Below are positions 32,254 through 42,350 of a stretch of DNA of 64,000 nt, one piece after another (position 1 is the stretch's first letter; each line of letters opens with the position of its first letter). This stretch comes from Anaeromyxobacteraceae bacterium (GTDB taxonomy: Bacteria > Myxococcota > Myxococcia > Myxococcales > Anaeromyxobacteraceae): the NCBI GenBank assembly GCA_047602405.1, contig JASGHJ010000001.1:672001-736000 (forward strand), given 5' to 3'. A program made the translations under genes and the position numbers. The notes beneath the pieces were generated by a model, which did no database searches, was not told the origin of the DNA, and saw only the letters and a program-made list of their open reading frames with translations.

Positions 32254-35061
32254 ATGGGCAAGCCCGCTTCGAACCGCCGCCTCCCCGAGAAGAAGCCGAA
32301 GAAGTCCCCGCCGAAGGGGGGCAAGGCGCCCTCGTCCGGCCTCGGCCGCGACATCGCCGCGGTCGTCCTCGGCGCGCTCGCCGCCGCGAGCGGCCTCGCG
32401 CTCGCGACCTGGTCGTCGCACGACGCGACCCTGATCGCGAAGGGCTACGAGGCGCAGAACCTCTGCGGCCCGGTCGGCGACCGCGTCGCGGCCTGGACCT
32501 ACTCCGCCCTCGGCCTCGCCGCGCTCGTGCTGCCCTTCGGCCTCGGCACCGCCGCCTGGCGGCTCTTCCGCGGCGCGCTCGCCCGCATCACCGTCGTCTC
32601 CGCGCTCTCCTACGCCGTCCTCACCGCCTCGACCGCCGCCCTCGGCCACCTGGCCCTCGCCGGCCGCGGCTGGACGCCCTTCCCGCCCGGCGGCGCGGTC
32701 GGCGCCGCCCTCGCCGCGCCGCTCGCGCGCCTCTTCTCCACCTGGGGCACCGCGATCCTGCTCACCGGGCTCGCCACCGTCGCCCTCATCCTCGCGACCG
32801 ACCTCAAGGTGCGGAACGTCGCCGCGCACCTCGGCGCGCTCGGGGCCGCCGTCGGCCGCGGGCTCGCCTGGGTGGGCGGGCTCGTGACCGCGAAGGTCGC
32901 CGACGCCATCGAGGAGCACCGCGCCGCCGTCGCCGAGCTGCGCGCCGAGGAGGCGGAGCGGCTGCGCCAGGAGGAGGCCGAGGAGGCCGCCGCGCTCGCC
33001 GACACCGCCGAGATCGAGGCGCTCGGGCCGGAGGACCACGAGGACGCCCGCGCGGTGGCCGGCGCGCTCGCGCTCGAGGAGGTCCGCCGCGGCAAGTTCG
33101 ACGATCCGGCCTGGGCCGCGCCGGAGCCGGTGATCGACGCGCCCGCCGACGAGAAGCCGAAGCGGAAGCGCCGGGCCAAGGCCGACGCGGGCGCGGAGGC
33201 CGTGGCCGAGGGCGCCGCCGACGCGACCCTGGCCGCCGCCGCGAAGGAGACGCCCGCGCCGAGCGTCGAGCCGAGCGAGGACGAGCTCGCGATGGAGCCC
33301 GTGGCGCCCGCGCCGGTGCGCCCCGAGATCGTCGTCTCGCAGGCGATGCAGGAGCGCGCCGCGCGCAAGAAGAAGGGCAAGGAGGCGCCGGAGTTCGCCT
33401 TCCAGAAGGCGGGCGACGTGTTCCGCCTGCCCACGACGGCGCTCCTCGACCAGCACGACGAGAAGGCGGCCGACGTCGACAAGACCGGCCTCACCCGCAC
33501 CGCCGACCGCATCGTCGCGACGCTCAAGGAGCACGGCGTCGACGGCGCGATCCACCACATCCGCCCCGGCCCCGTGGTGACGCTCTACGAGTTCTCGCCC
33601 GTCGCGGGCATCAAGCTCGCGCGCATCGAGAACCTCGACAAGGAGCTCGCCATGGCGCTCAGCGCCGTGCGCATCCGCATCATCGCGCCCATCCCGGGGA
33701 AGAGCGTGGTGGGCATCGAGGTGCCGAACAAGGACCGCGCGAACGTGTACCTGCGCGACGTCCTCGAGTCGGAGGGGTTCGTGCACGCGGGCGGCGTGCT
33801 GCCGCTCGGCCTCGGCAAGAACATCGAGGGGCTCCCGTACTGCGTCGACCTGCAGCGGATGCCGCACCTCCTCATCGCCGGCACCACCGGCTCCGGCAAG
33901 TCGGTCGGCCTCAACACCATGATCCTCTCGCTCCTCTACCGGCAGACGCCGGCCGAGGTGCGGATGATCATGGTCGACCCGAAGATGACGGAGCTCTCGG
34001 CGTACGCCGACATCCCGCACCTCCTCCTGCCGGTCGTGACCGACTCGCAGAAGGCCTCCCGCGCCCTGCAGTGGGCGGTCGACGAGATGGAGCGCCGCAC
34101 GCAAATCCTCGCGGACACCGGCTCGAAGGACTTGAAGAGCTACAACGCGAAGGTCGAGAAGCTCCGCGCCGAGGGCAAGACCTTCGAGGCCGCGAACACC
34201 TACGGCTCCGCGAAGAAGCTCGTGGTCGTCGACGTGACCGCCGGCGAGACCGAGGAGGAGGCCTCCGCCCGCGTCGCCGCCGCCGAGGCCCGGGGCGACG
34301 TGATCGCCTCGCCCGAGTTCGAGGACCCGACCGCCCCGCCGCCCGCCGACGCGGTGGCCGCGCGCGACGAGGCCGAGAAGAAGCTGCCCTCGAAGCTCCC
34401 GTTCATCGTGGTGGTCATCGACGAGCTCGCCGACCTCATGATGACCGCGCCGCGCGAGGTCGAGATCTCGCTCGCCCGCCTCGCCCAGAAGGCGCGCGCG
34501 ACCGGCATCCACCTCATGGTCGCGACGCAGCGCCCGTCGACCGACGTCATCACCGGGATGATCAAGAACAACTTCCCGGCCCGCATCTCCTTCCGCCTGG
34601 CGTCGCGGCACGACTCGCAGACCATCATCAACGGCCCCGGCGCCGAGAGCCTGCTGGGCGACGGCGACATGCTCGTCCTCACCGCGACGCAGCCCGTGAC
34701 CCGCGTGCAGGGCGCGTTCGTCTCCGAGGAGGAGCTGCACCGGGTGGTCGGCTACCTCAAGGAGCAGGGGAAGCCGGTCTACGACGAGAACATCCTCAAG
34801 GCCCGCGACGGCGCGAACGGCCTCGGCTTCGACGGCGAGGAGGAAGACCCGGTCTACGACCAGGCCATCGACCTCGTGTCGCGGATGGAGGAGGTCTCGG
34901 TCTCGAAGCTCCAGCGCGAGATGCGGCTCGGCTACAACAAGGCCGCGAAGATCATCGAGCGCATGGAGCGCGAGGGCATCGTCGGGCCCGCGAACGGCGT
35001 CAAGCCGCGGCAGGTGATGATCCGGCCGATCGGCGAGGTGTCGCCGGTGCCGAACGTCTGA
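32254..35061 (+). CDS. ftsK: DNA translocase FtsK
   Basis: N-terminal TM domain, PGPVVTLYE, PHLLIAGTTGSGKS, IDELADLM, ATQRPS, gamma domain LQREMRLGYNKAAKIIE. Confidence 0.96.
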   Translation: MGKPASNRRLPEKKPKKSPPKGGKAPSSGLGRDIAAVVLGALAAASGLALATWSSHDATLIAKGYEAQNLCGPVGDRVAAWTYSALGLAALVLPFGLGTAAWRLFRGALARITVVSALSYAVLTASTAALGHLALAGRGWTPFPPGGAVGAALAAPLARLFSTWGTAILLTGLATVALILATDLKVRNVAAHLGALGAAVGRGLAWVGGLVTAKVADAIEEHRAAVAELRAEEAERLRQEEAEEAAALADTAEIEALGPEDHEDARAVAGALALEEVRRGKFDDPAWAAPEPVIDAPADEKPKRKRRAKADAGAEAVAEGAADATLAAAAKETPAPSVEPSEDELAMEPVAPAPVRPEIVVSQAMQERAARKKKGKEAPEFAFQKAGDVFRLPTTALLDQHDEKAADVDKTGLTRTADRIVATLKEHGVDGAIHHIRPGPVVTLYEFSPVAGIKLARIENLDKELAMALSAVRIRIIAPIPGKSVVGIEVPNKDRANVYLRDVLESEGFVHAGGVLPLGLGKNIEGLPYCVDLQRMPHLLIAGTTGSGKSVGLNTMILSLLYRQTPAEVRMIMVDPKMTELSAYADIPHLLLPVVTDSQKASRALQWAVDEMERRTQILADTGSKDLKSYNAKVEKLRAEGKTFEAANTYGSAKKLVVVDVTAGETEEEASARVAAAEARGDVIASPEFEDPTAPPPADAVAARDEAEKKLPSKLPFIVVVIDELADLMMTAPREVEISLARLAQKARATGIHLMVATQRPSTDVITGMIKNNFPARISFRLASRHDSQTIINGPGAESLLGDGDMLVLTATQPVTRVQGAFVSEEELHRVVGYLKEQGKPVYDENILKARDGANGLGFDGEEEDPVYDQAIDLVSRMEEVSVSKLQREMRLGYNKAAKIIERMEREGIVGPANGVKPRQVMIRPIGEVSPVPNV

Positions 35062-35098
35062 GGGGGAGGAGCAGGGTAGCTTCCGCTTGCACCTCCCC

Positions 35099-35147
35099 GG
35101 TCATCCTGAGCGCAGCCGCCGCGAAGCGGCGGCGGAGTCGAAGGATG
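35099..35147 (+). repeat. Palindromic REP-like element, single unit
   Basis: TCATCCTGAGCG-cagccgccgcgaagcggcggcgg-AGTCGAAGGA; same family as 48589-48657 and 51432-51499. Confidence 0.75.
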
Positions 35148-35577
35148 AAGGCCCGATCGCGCTCAGGTGCGCGCGCCCTCTTCCACGCTGACGATGAAGA
35201 AGCGTGCCGTCTCTCCTGCCCCAGCGCGGGTGAAGCTCGACGAACCCCGGAGGGAACGGGAACGTGGACGGGAAGCGCCGCACCCGGCGCAGCTTCACGT
35301 TGCCGTCCTGTTCGAACACGACCTCCCAGATCCGGCAGCCATCAGCTTCGCAGCGACGGTCCCTGTCCGCCTCGGAGGACGCTCCTGCGGAGTCCCAGAC
35401 GCGCCCACCGCACGCGTAGAACGTCGGCAGCTCACTGCCCGCTCTCACGAAGTCCATCACGGCGGGCACGATCTCGCGGCAGTCCGTCGACCGTGGCTCG
35501 CCGGGGTTGCTCCGCGTGGCCGCGCAGGCGAGCAACGGGAGCGAGAGCGCGAGCACAATGTGGCGTGTGGCGATCAC
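35101..35577 (-). CDS. Hypothetical lipoprotein; 3' end runs into the repeat and may be degenerate
   Basis: GGAGG RBS, lipobox LLAC, atypical codon usage. Confidence 0.5.
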   Translation of the reverse strand: MIATRHIVLALSLPLLACAATRSNPGEPRSTDCREIVPAVMDFVRAGSELPTFYACGGRVWDSAGASSEADRDRRCEADGCRIWEVVFEQDGNVKLRRVRRFPSTFPFPPGFVELHPRWGRRDGTLLHRQRGRGRAHLSAIGPSSFDSAAASRRLRSG

Positions 35578-35603
35578 GCTTCCCCTCCATCGAAGCCCAA
35601 CCT

Positions 35604-35659
35604 TTGCGACCCTATCTCAAACGCTCCCGCTGGAGGGAGTTCGGGGGCTTCACCGACCC
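35604..35659 (+). repeat. Degenerate ~55-bp direct repeat, left copy
   Basis: TTGCGACCCTATCTCAAACGCTCCCGCTGGAGGGAGTTCGGGGGCTTCACCGACCC aligns with 36022-36076. Confidence 0.55.
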
Positions 35660-35699
35660 GGCCCCCGGTGGTCTCGCTTTGTGTATTACTCTTCTTGGC

Positions 35700-36008
35700 A
35701 TGCCCAGACGGAAGTCCCGACGCCCAGGCCCCTCCCGCGCCTCACTGCGCGAGATCCCCGAGATCGACTTCAGCAGGGTGAAGGTGCGCAGGAACCCCTA
35801 CGCCGCGCGGATCGCGCTCGAGGGCGGGATCCACGTTCGCCGTGGGAGGCCGGCGAAGGGGCACGAGACCGGGCCGACCGAGCCGCGCTCGATCCGGTTC
35901 CCGAACGCGGTCTGGAAGGAGCTCGAGGCTGTCGCGAAGGCGCGCGGACTCTCGCTCCACTCGGCGATGCGGCGGGCGATCCTGGAGTGGGCGAAGGGCG
36001 CCCGGTAG
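35700..36008 (+). CDS. BrnA/CopG-like ribbon-helix-helix antitoxin-type protein (orphan)
   Basis: EIPEIDFSRVKVRRNPYA...RGRP...RSIRFPNAVWKELEAVAKARGLSLHSAMRRAILEW. Confidence 0.65.
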   Translation: MPRRKSRRPGPSRASLREIPEIDFSRVKVRRNPYAARIALEGGIHVRRGRPAKGHETGPTEPRSIRFPNAVWKELEAVAKARGLSLHSAMRRAILEWAKGAR

Positions 36009-36021
36009 CCGCCGCCCTCAG

Positions 36022-36076
36022 TTGCGACACGTTCGCAATCACTTCCGCGGAGGAAGTTCCGGGGCCTCGCGCACCC
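36022..36076 (+). repeat. Degenerate ~55-bp direct repeat, right copy
   Basis: TTGCGACACGTTCGCAATCACTTCCGCGGAGGAAGTTCCGGGGCCTCGCGCACCC. Confidence 0.55.
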
Positions 36077-36327
36077 GCCCTCGCAGGGACATCATCGATG
36101 AAGCGCCCGTCCGGGTCGGCGACGCGACGTCACCCAGTGTGAAGCTGGCTCCCGGGCCCGCGCACCTCCGTTCGCTGCAGCTTCGGACCCGCTCGCAGCA
36201 CGCACGCGGCGAACGACGCAGGGCCCCTGCGGCTTCTCGCCTGCAACGCAGTGGTGCCCGGTGGACCATCTTGCACGCTCGGTGTAGCCATGACAGCGTT
36301 CGGGTGTCGTCCGCTCCGGAGGTCCGC

Positions 36328-36999
36328 ATGCGCCCGTCCCTTCGCTCAATCGTCTCCCCGCTCGCCGCGCTCGCGCTCGGCGGGTGCGCCATGCACTATC
36401 GCGGGCCGACGGCCGGTGAGCCGGCGGCGATGGTGAAGGTGAGGCTCGACCTGGACACGGAGCAGGCGACGAAGCTCGTGCCTGCGCACAACGGGCTTTC
36501 GACCCTCGTCGCGACGGTGCTCGTCCACGAGGACGGCGAGGCGCGGGTCTTCGCGACGCGCAAGGTCCCGTGGAGCGCGATCGTGGACGGGAAGCAGACG
36601 CTCGGGACGATCGCGGTCCCGGTGCACGCCGGCAGGCCGGCCGAGCTCGAGGTGAAGCTCGCGGTGCGGTGGACGCGCACGAACCTCGAGAGTGTCACCG
36701 CGCGGGTGCCCGTGACCCGCGTGACGGTGGTCCAGGAGCCGGCCTGGGACAACGTGAGCCAGACCGTCGGGCTCGCGAACGTGAAAAAGTACGAGACGAA
36801 GGACGAATCCCGAACGACGACCGGCTGGGAGAAGCGCGAGATGACCGCCGGCTGCTCCGCGCGCGTCACGCTCGCCCCGGCGCAGGGCCAGACGTACGTC
36901 CTCGACTACGAGAACCCGAAGCTCGCGAACGGCTGCACGCTGGCGGCGTTCGTGGAGCGTGCCCGGCCCGACGGCTCGGTGGAGCTGGAGAAGCTTTAG
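36328..36999 (+). CDS. Hypothetical lipoprotein
   Basis: GGAGG RBS; MRPSLRSIVSPLAALALGGC lipobox. Confidence 0.7.
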   Translation: MRPSLRSIVSPLAALALGGCAMHYRGPTAGEPAAMVKVRLDLDTEQATKLVPAHNGLSTLVATVLVHEDGEARVFATRKVPWSAIVDGKQTLGTIAVPVHAGRPAELEVKLAVRWTRTNLESVTARVPVTRVTVVQEPAWDNVSQTVGLANVKKYETKDESRTTTGWEKREMTAGCSARVTLAPAQGQTYVLDYENPKLANGCTLAAFVERARPDGSVELEKL

Positions 37000-37033
37000 T
37001 TGCCGGGGCTGCTCGCGACGGCTCCACGCGGCG

Positions 37034-38608
37034 CTACTTCACCGTCCCGCTCGCCGGCTTCACCACCGGCTCCGCGAGCCAGCCACCGGTGAACCCCGCC
37101 CGCTCGAGCGCGCGGCGCACGTGGGGGCTCCGGCGCAGCGTGTTCCACACGAGCCCGGTCCGGTAGTTCTCGATCATCGCGACGATGGGCCCCTGGTCGA
37201 TGGCGAGCCAGTCGGAGTCGACCCAGCCCTTCCCCTCCGGCGTGCCGTCCTCGACGACGCGGCCGTGGTGGAGGCGCATCGGGTAGACGAAGCTCGGGTT
37301 GAGCGCCTCCATGAACCCGTAGCGGCCGATGGCGTAGCCGCCGTAGCGCTTCCCCATCTCCTCGATGGCCGGCAGCACGATCTCCGGCGCGAACGCGATC
37401 GACGAGATGAGCCCGCTCGGCGAGAGCGTGCCGTCGTCGACCTGCTCGCGCAGGCTGATGCCGCGCGCGGCGTAGGTGCGGAAGGAGCGCAGCCCATCGG
37501 GCGTGTCGAGCTTCACGTCGATCGGGCCGTCGGTGGCCGAGAGGCCCCAGACGTTCTCGCCGTAGTCCCGCCAGCGGAGCGGGTTCATCATCGCGTAGGC
37601 GCGCTGCGCGTGCGTCGCCCGGCGCGAGTTCTCGAAGTAGTCGAGCCCCTTCGCGCGGCCCCACGCGTCGCGCACGCCCCGCAGGTCGTACCAGGTCTGC
37701 GTGAACTGGTGCGCGAACAGCGCCACGAACGAGAGGTGCTCCTGCCCGTAGACCGAGCCCCAGTCGCGATCGTAGGTGGAGGTCCAGGGCTCCCACGCCT
37801 CCGCGCCGACGCCGTGCTCCGGGTTCCCGAGCGCGACCAGGTAGACGATCATCGCCTCGCAGTTTCCCTTCCAGTCGAGGACGAGGTGCCCCGGGGTCGG
37901 CTCGCCCGAGGTCCCGGACGTGCGCCCCTCCACGATGAGGTCCGCCGCGGCGCGGCGCGTGTCCGGCACCCACCCGTGCGAGATGGCGGCGCCGCGGACC
38001 TGCATCCACCTCCAGTCGACGCGCGTGTAGATCGCGTCCGCGAGCCTGCGGATCTCCGCCTCGGCCGGGTCCGCGCCGTCGAAGTACCCGCCCGCGAAGA
38101 GCACGCCGCCCATGAGGAGCGCGGTGTCCACGGTCGAGAGCTCGATGTGGCCCCAGCGCGTGCCCGTCTCCGGCTCGAGGTACCGGTAGAAGAAGCCCTT
38201 GTAGCCCGCGGTGCCGTGCACCGCCGGCCCCTGCGGCGCGTCGTGCAGGAAGCGCAGCGTCGTGAGCACGCGCTCGCGCGCCTCGGCGCGGGTGATCCAG
38301 CCGCGCGCGGCGCCGATGGGAACCGCGGTGAGCGCGAAGCCCACGCCCGCGACGTGCATGTAGCTCTTCGTCGGCCAGCGGTCCGGGACGAGGCCGGTCT
38401 TCGGATCCGCGCGCTCCCAGAAGTAGAGGAACGCGCGGCGCTGGAGGTCGTCGACGAACGGCGAGACGGGGCGCTCGGCGGGGGCGGCGGCCGGCTTCGC
38501 GGCCGGCACGGGCGCGTCGGCGCGGGAGGCTGTGCACAGGGCGACGACCGAAAGGGCCGCGAGGACGCGGACGACCGCGGGGAGGACGGGGAGCGGGCAA
38601 GGGCGCAT
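37034..38608 (-). CDS. Glycoamylase / GH144-like secreted glycoside hydrolase (putative beta-1,2-glucanase)
   Basis: Signal peptide; FLYFWE...TGLVPDR, KGFFYRYL, ELSTVDTALL, LFAHQF, YFENSRRAT, WGLSA, LAIDQGPIVAMIENYRTGLVW. Confidence 0.8.
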   Translation of the reverse strand: MRPCPLPVLPAVVRVLAALSVVALCTASRADAPVPAAKPAAAPAERPVSPFVDDLQRRAFLYFWERADPKTGLVPDRWPTKSYMHVAGVGFALTAVPIGAARGWITRAEARERVLTTLRFLHDAPQGPAVHGTAGYKGFFYRYLEPETGTRWGHIELSTVDTALLMGGVLFAGGYFDGADPAEAEIRRLADAIYTRVDWRWMQVRGAAISHGWVPDTRRAAADLIVEGRTSGTSGEPTPGHLVLDWKGNCEAMIVYLVALGNPEHGVGAEAWEPWTSTYDRDWGSVYGQEHLSFVALFAHQFTQTWYDLRGVRDAWGRAKGLDYFENSRRATHAQRAYAMMNPLRWRDYGENVWGLSATDGPIDVKLDTPDGLRSFRTYAARGISLREQVDDGTLSPSGLISSIAFAPEIVLPAIEEMGKRYGGYAIGRYGFMEALNPSFVYPMRLHHGRVVEDGTPEGKGWVDSDWLAIDQGPIVAMIENYRTGLVWNTLRRSPHVRRALERAGFTGGWLAEPVVKPASGTVK

Positions 38609-38649
38609 GCTCCGTCCCTTCTACCGCGGGTCGCGCGCTCGGGGGCTCC

Positions 38650-41253
38650 TCAGGCGGGGCGGCGGGCGCGACCCGCGTCGAGGAGCTCGCCGACCCTCGC
38701 GAGGAGCTCCTCCGGCGGCACCGGCTTCGTGATGAACGTCTCGTCCGGCCGCAGGTGACCGCGGTCGGCGAGCACGTCGGCCGCGTAGCCGCTCGCGAGC
38801 AAGATCGGGATCTCCGGCCGGATCGCGTGGATGGCGGTCGCGGCCTCGCGCCCGTTCCTCCGCGGCATGACCACGTCGAGGAGGCACAGGTCGAATCGGG
38901 CAGGGTCGGCCGAGAACCGCTCCACGGCCTGCTGGCCGTCCTCGGCCTCGACCACGGTGTAGCCCGCGCGCTCGAGCGTCCGGCGGAACGCGCGCCGCAC
39001 GAGCACCTCGTCCTCGGCGAGGAGGATCGTCTCCCGGCCGCGCGGGGTCGCGGCCGCGGGCTGCGGTGCCGGCCGCTGCTCCGGCGCGTCCTCGCGCTCG
39101 AGCAGGACGCTGAAGGAGGTGCCCTTCCCGACCTCGCTCTCCACCGCCACGTGGCCCGCGTGCTGGCGCACGATGCCATCCACGATCGAGAGCCCGAGGC
39201 CGGTCCCCTTCCCCGCGGGCTTCGTCGTGAAGAACGGCTCGAAGATCCGGTGCCGGAGCTCCTCCGGGATGCCGCCGCCGGTGTCGGCGACCACGATCCG
39301 GACGAACCGCCCGCCGCGCCTCAGCCCGCAGTCCCTCGCCACCCGGGCGTCGAGCTCCACGCCGTCGAGCGCGATGCCGAGCGTCCCGCCGCCCGGCATC
39401 GCGTCGCGCGCGTTCGCCGCGAGGTTCACGAGCACCTGCTCGAGCTGGCCCGCGTCGGCCTCCACGACGAGGGGCTCGGGCGGCGTGGCGACGATGAGCG
39501 TCACGTCCTCGCCGATGACGCGCCGGAGCAGCTTCTCGACGGCGAGCACGATCTCCCCGACGTCCACCTTGCGGCGCTGGAGGACCTGCTTGCGGCTGAA
39601 GGCGAGCAGGCTCTGCGTGAGGTGGCCCGCGCGCCCCGCGGCCTGCCGGATCCCGTTCAGGCTCTGCCGGTCCTCGCCCTCGGCCGGCACCGCGTCCTCG
39701 AGCAGCCCGGCGAACCCGACGATCGCGGTGAGCAGGTTGTTGAAGTCGTGCGCGACGCCGCCGGCGAGGCGACCGACCGCGTCCATCTTCTGGGCGTGGC
39801 GGAGCTCCTCCTCCAGGCGCTCGCGGTCCGCCGCGGCCCGCCGGAGGTCCGTCACGTCCGCCGCCACGCTCGTCAGCCGGTCGCCGTCGAACGCCATGTT
39901 GAGGAGCAGGTGGCGCTCCCGCCCGTCCAGCCCGCGCAGGGTGAGCTCGACGTTGCTCACCTGCCCGCGGGTGCGGACGGTCTCGAGGAGCGACTCCCGG
40001 AGGCTGGAGTCGCCGTAGAACGGCTGGATCGGCCGGCCCACGAGGTCCTCCGCCCGGCTCGCCCCGACGATGCGCAGGAACCCGGGGTTCACGAACAGGA
40101 TCGTCCCATCCGCGGTCGTGCGCACGATGCCGACGAGCGTGTTCTCCACGATCGCGCGCAGCTCGCGCGTGGATCGGGCGAGCGCCTCCTCGCGCGCGCG
40201 CACCTTTCCGGCCATCTCCCCGAAGGCGCGCGCGAGCTCGGTGATCTCCCGGACCGGCACGCCCGGCAGCGGCGCGCTGGCCGAGGCGTAGTCGCCCGCC
40301 GCGACCTCGCCCGCGCGCGTCGAGAGCGCCTCGATGGGCCGCACGAGCCGCGCGGTCGTGAGCAGCCCGAGCACGGCGGACGCACCGAGGGCCACGATCA
40401 GCGTCACCGCGAGCAACCACCGCATCCGGTAGACGGCCGCGAACGCCTGCTCCACCGGCTCCGCCACGACCACCACCCACCCCGGCGTGGCGACCGGCAC
40501 CGCGCTGCCCAGGTAGCGCCTCCCCTGCCACGCGTACTCGGCGGTGCCCTCCGCGCCACGCACCGCCCGCTGCACGAGCGGCTGGTCGAGCATGCTCATC
40601 CGCTCCCGGGCCAGGGCCCGATCCTCCGACGCGAGGAACGTCCCCTCGCGGTCGAGGAGGGCGACCCAGCGGGTCCGCGGCCCCGGGTCGCCCCCGGACA
40701 CCGCGCCGATGAGCCGCGACAGGTCCAGGTAGGCGAGCAGCATCCCCTCGGCCCGGGGCACCACGAGGCCGACCCGCGGCTCGCCGGTGGCCATCAGGAC
40801 CGTCGCCGAGGACCAGGTGATGCCACGCGAGGACATCGCCGCGGCGACGTAGGGCAGGCGCGAGAGATCGGTCCCGTGCGAGTCGGGGTCCGGCGGTGAC
40901 ACCGCGACCACCCGCCCCCGCGGATCGAGCAGGTACACCTGCGCGATGTTCGGGTTCGCCCCCCGCCCCTGCGTCAGCGCGCGCACGAGCGTGGACGCGT
41001 CGGCGCCGGGCAGCTCGCGCTCGACGTGGCCGGCGACCTCGGTGAGCTCCCACCGCTCGCGCTCGAGCGCCCGGCCGACCTCGCCGGCGATCGCCCGCGC
41101 GAGCTCCAGGTTCTGGGTCTCGGTCTCCCGGCGCAGGGCGCCGAGCCCGAGGGCGCTGCCGAGCAGGCCGATGACGAGCAGGGGCACCGCCGCGACGAGC
41201 ACGAGCGTGCCGGTCAGCCGGAACCGCAGCCCGTCGGCGCGCAGCCGCGTCAC
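38650..41253 (-). CDS. Hybrid sensor histidine kinase (Cache-HAMP-PAS-HisKA-HATPase-REC)
   Basis: Two TM segments around a Cache-like region; AGGVAHDFNNLL, NARDAM, FEPFFTTK, GTGLGL, receiver LLDVVMP. Confidence 0.92.
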   Translation of the reverse strand: MTRLRADGLRFRLTGTLVLVAAVPLLVIGLLGSALGLGALRRETETQNLELARAIAGEVGRALERERWELTEVAGHVERELPGADASTLVRALTQGRGANPNIAQVYLLDPRGRVVAVSPPDPDSHGTDLSRLPYVAAAMSSRGITWSSATVLMATGEPRVGLVVPRAEGMLLAYLDLSRLIGAVSGGDPGPRTRWVALLDREGTFLASEDRALARERMSMLDQPLVQRAVRGAEGTAEYAWQGRRYLGSAVPVATPGWVVVVAEPVEQAFAAVYRMRWLLAVTLIVALGASAVLGLLTTARLVRPIEALSTRAGEVAAGDYASASAPLPGVPVREITELARAFGEMAGKVRAREEALARSTRELRAIVENTLVGIVRTTADGTILFVNPGFLRIVGASRAEDLVGRPIQPFYGDSSLRESLLETVRTRGQVSNVELTLRGLDGRERHLLLNMAFDGDRLTSVAADVTDLRRAAADRERLEEELRHAQKMDAVGRLAGGVAHDFNNLLTAIVGFAGLLEDAVPAEGEDRQSLNGIRQAAGRAGHLTQSLLAFSRKQVLQRRKVDVGEIVLAVEKLLRRVIGEDVTLIVATPPEPLVVEADAGQLEQVLVNLAANARDAMPGGGTLGIALDGVELDARVARDCGLRRGGRFVRIVVADTGGGIPEELRHRIFEPFFTTKPAGKGTGLGLSIVDGIVRQHAGHVAVESEVGKGTSFSVLLEREDAPEQRPAPQPAAATPRGRETILLAEDEVLVRRAFRRTLERAGYTVVEAEDGQQAVERFSADPARFDLCLLDVVMPRRNGREAATAIHAIRPEIPILLASGYAADVLADRGHLRPDETFITKPVPPEELLARVGELLDAGRARRPA

Positions 41254-42350
41254 CGGACCCGCTCGATCCGACCGTCGCGGACGGTCATGACGTACACCTC
41301 GCGCCGCGCGTCCCCGCTGGCGTCGATCACCACGTCCCCCACCAGCCCGTGGTGCGTCCGCCCCACCACGGCCGCCTTGAGCGTGCGGCGATCGGCGCCC
41401 TCCGTGAGGCCGGCGGCGAGGAGCTGGACGGCCTCGGCGGCGAGCACCGCCGCGAAGTCCGGAGGCCGGCCGAACCGGGCCCGGTACGCGTCGCGGAACC
41501 CCCGGATGCCGGGCGCGTCGGAGGTGACGTCGATCTTGAGGGTGAAGAGCGCACCCTCCATCGCCGAGCCGCCGTGGGCCAGGGCGTCGCTCGTGAAGCC
41601 CCAGTCCGAGCCCAGGAGCGCGACGTTCGAGCCGCGCTTGCGGAGCTGCTGCGCCAGGGCGGCCGTGTCGAACGCGTTCGCGAGCACGAGCAGCGCGTCG
41701 GGCTTCGGCGCCAGCGCCGCGTCCACGAGCGCGCCCCAGGCCGGAGCCTCCCCCGACGTGAAGGGCACCTCTCCGACCACGCGTCCACCCCGGGCCTCGG
41801 TGGCCTCCCGGAAGGCCTCGAGCCAGGTGCGGGTGAACGCCGCGTTGGAGAGGTCGAGGATGGCCGAGACCCGCCGCGCGCCGCCGGCGCGGGTGAGGTG
41901 CGTCACGAGCGCGCGCGCGGAGAGGTCGTTCGACGGGTAGAGCATCACGAAGCCGTCGTCCCGGCCGCGGAAGGACGTCGCGCTCACGGTGGGCGAGACC
42001 ATGAGGACGCCCGAGCGATCCAGGATCGGGAGCGTCGCCTCGGCCATGGCGCTGGTGGCGTGACCCACGATGGCGACGACGCCGGTCTGCACGAGCTCCT
42101 CCACCGCCCGCCGCGCCACCTCGGGGTCGTTGCGGTCGTCGCGCACGACGAGCTCGAGCGGCCGCCCGCGCACGCCACCCGCCGCGTTGAGCTCCTCGGT
42201 GGCCAGCACCGCGCCGTTGCGGCTCGACAGACCGAGGTCGGAGTGGCGGCCGGAGAGGCCGCTCACGAGCCCCAGCCGGACGGGCTCGGGCTTCGCGCAG
42301 GCCGCGAGGAGGAGCGCCGCCGCGAGGAGGCTTCGCCGGGGGTCGAGCAT
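41250..42350 (-). CDS. LivJ-type periplasmic binding lipoprotein
   Basis: Lipobox LAAC; LSGRHSDLG...GAVLATEELNAAGGVRGRPLELVVRDD; stop overlaps the kinase start. Confidence 0.88.
   Translation of the reverse strand: MLDPRRSLLAAALLLAACAKPEPVRLGLVSGLSGRHSDLGLSSRNGAVLATEELNAAGGVRGRPLELVVRDDRNDPEVARRAVEELVQTGVVAIVGHATSAMAEATLPILDRSGVLMVSPTVSATSFRGRDDGFVMLYPSNDLSARALVTHLTRAGGARRVSAILDLSNAAFTRTWLEAFREATEARGGRVVGEVPFTSGEAPAWGALVDAALAPKPDALLVLANAFDTAALAQQLRKRGSNVALLGSDWGFTSDALAHGGSAMEGALFTLKIDVTSDAPGIRGFRDAYRARFGRPPDFAAVLAAEAVQLLAAGLTEGADRRTLKAAVVGRTHHGLVGDVVIDASGDARREVYVMTVRDGRIERVR

Noticed and set aside
30832..34740. 1302-aa ORF antisense to ftsK
   Set aside because: Only 30832-32097 (zinc-ribbon/TPR) is credible; the rest mirrors the ftsK codons.
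35595..35622. dif/Xer site next to ftsK
   Set aside because: CTATCTCAAAC weakly resembles a XerD arm, but there is no plausible XerC arm at the required spacing.
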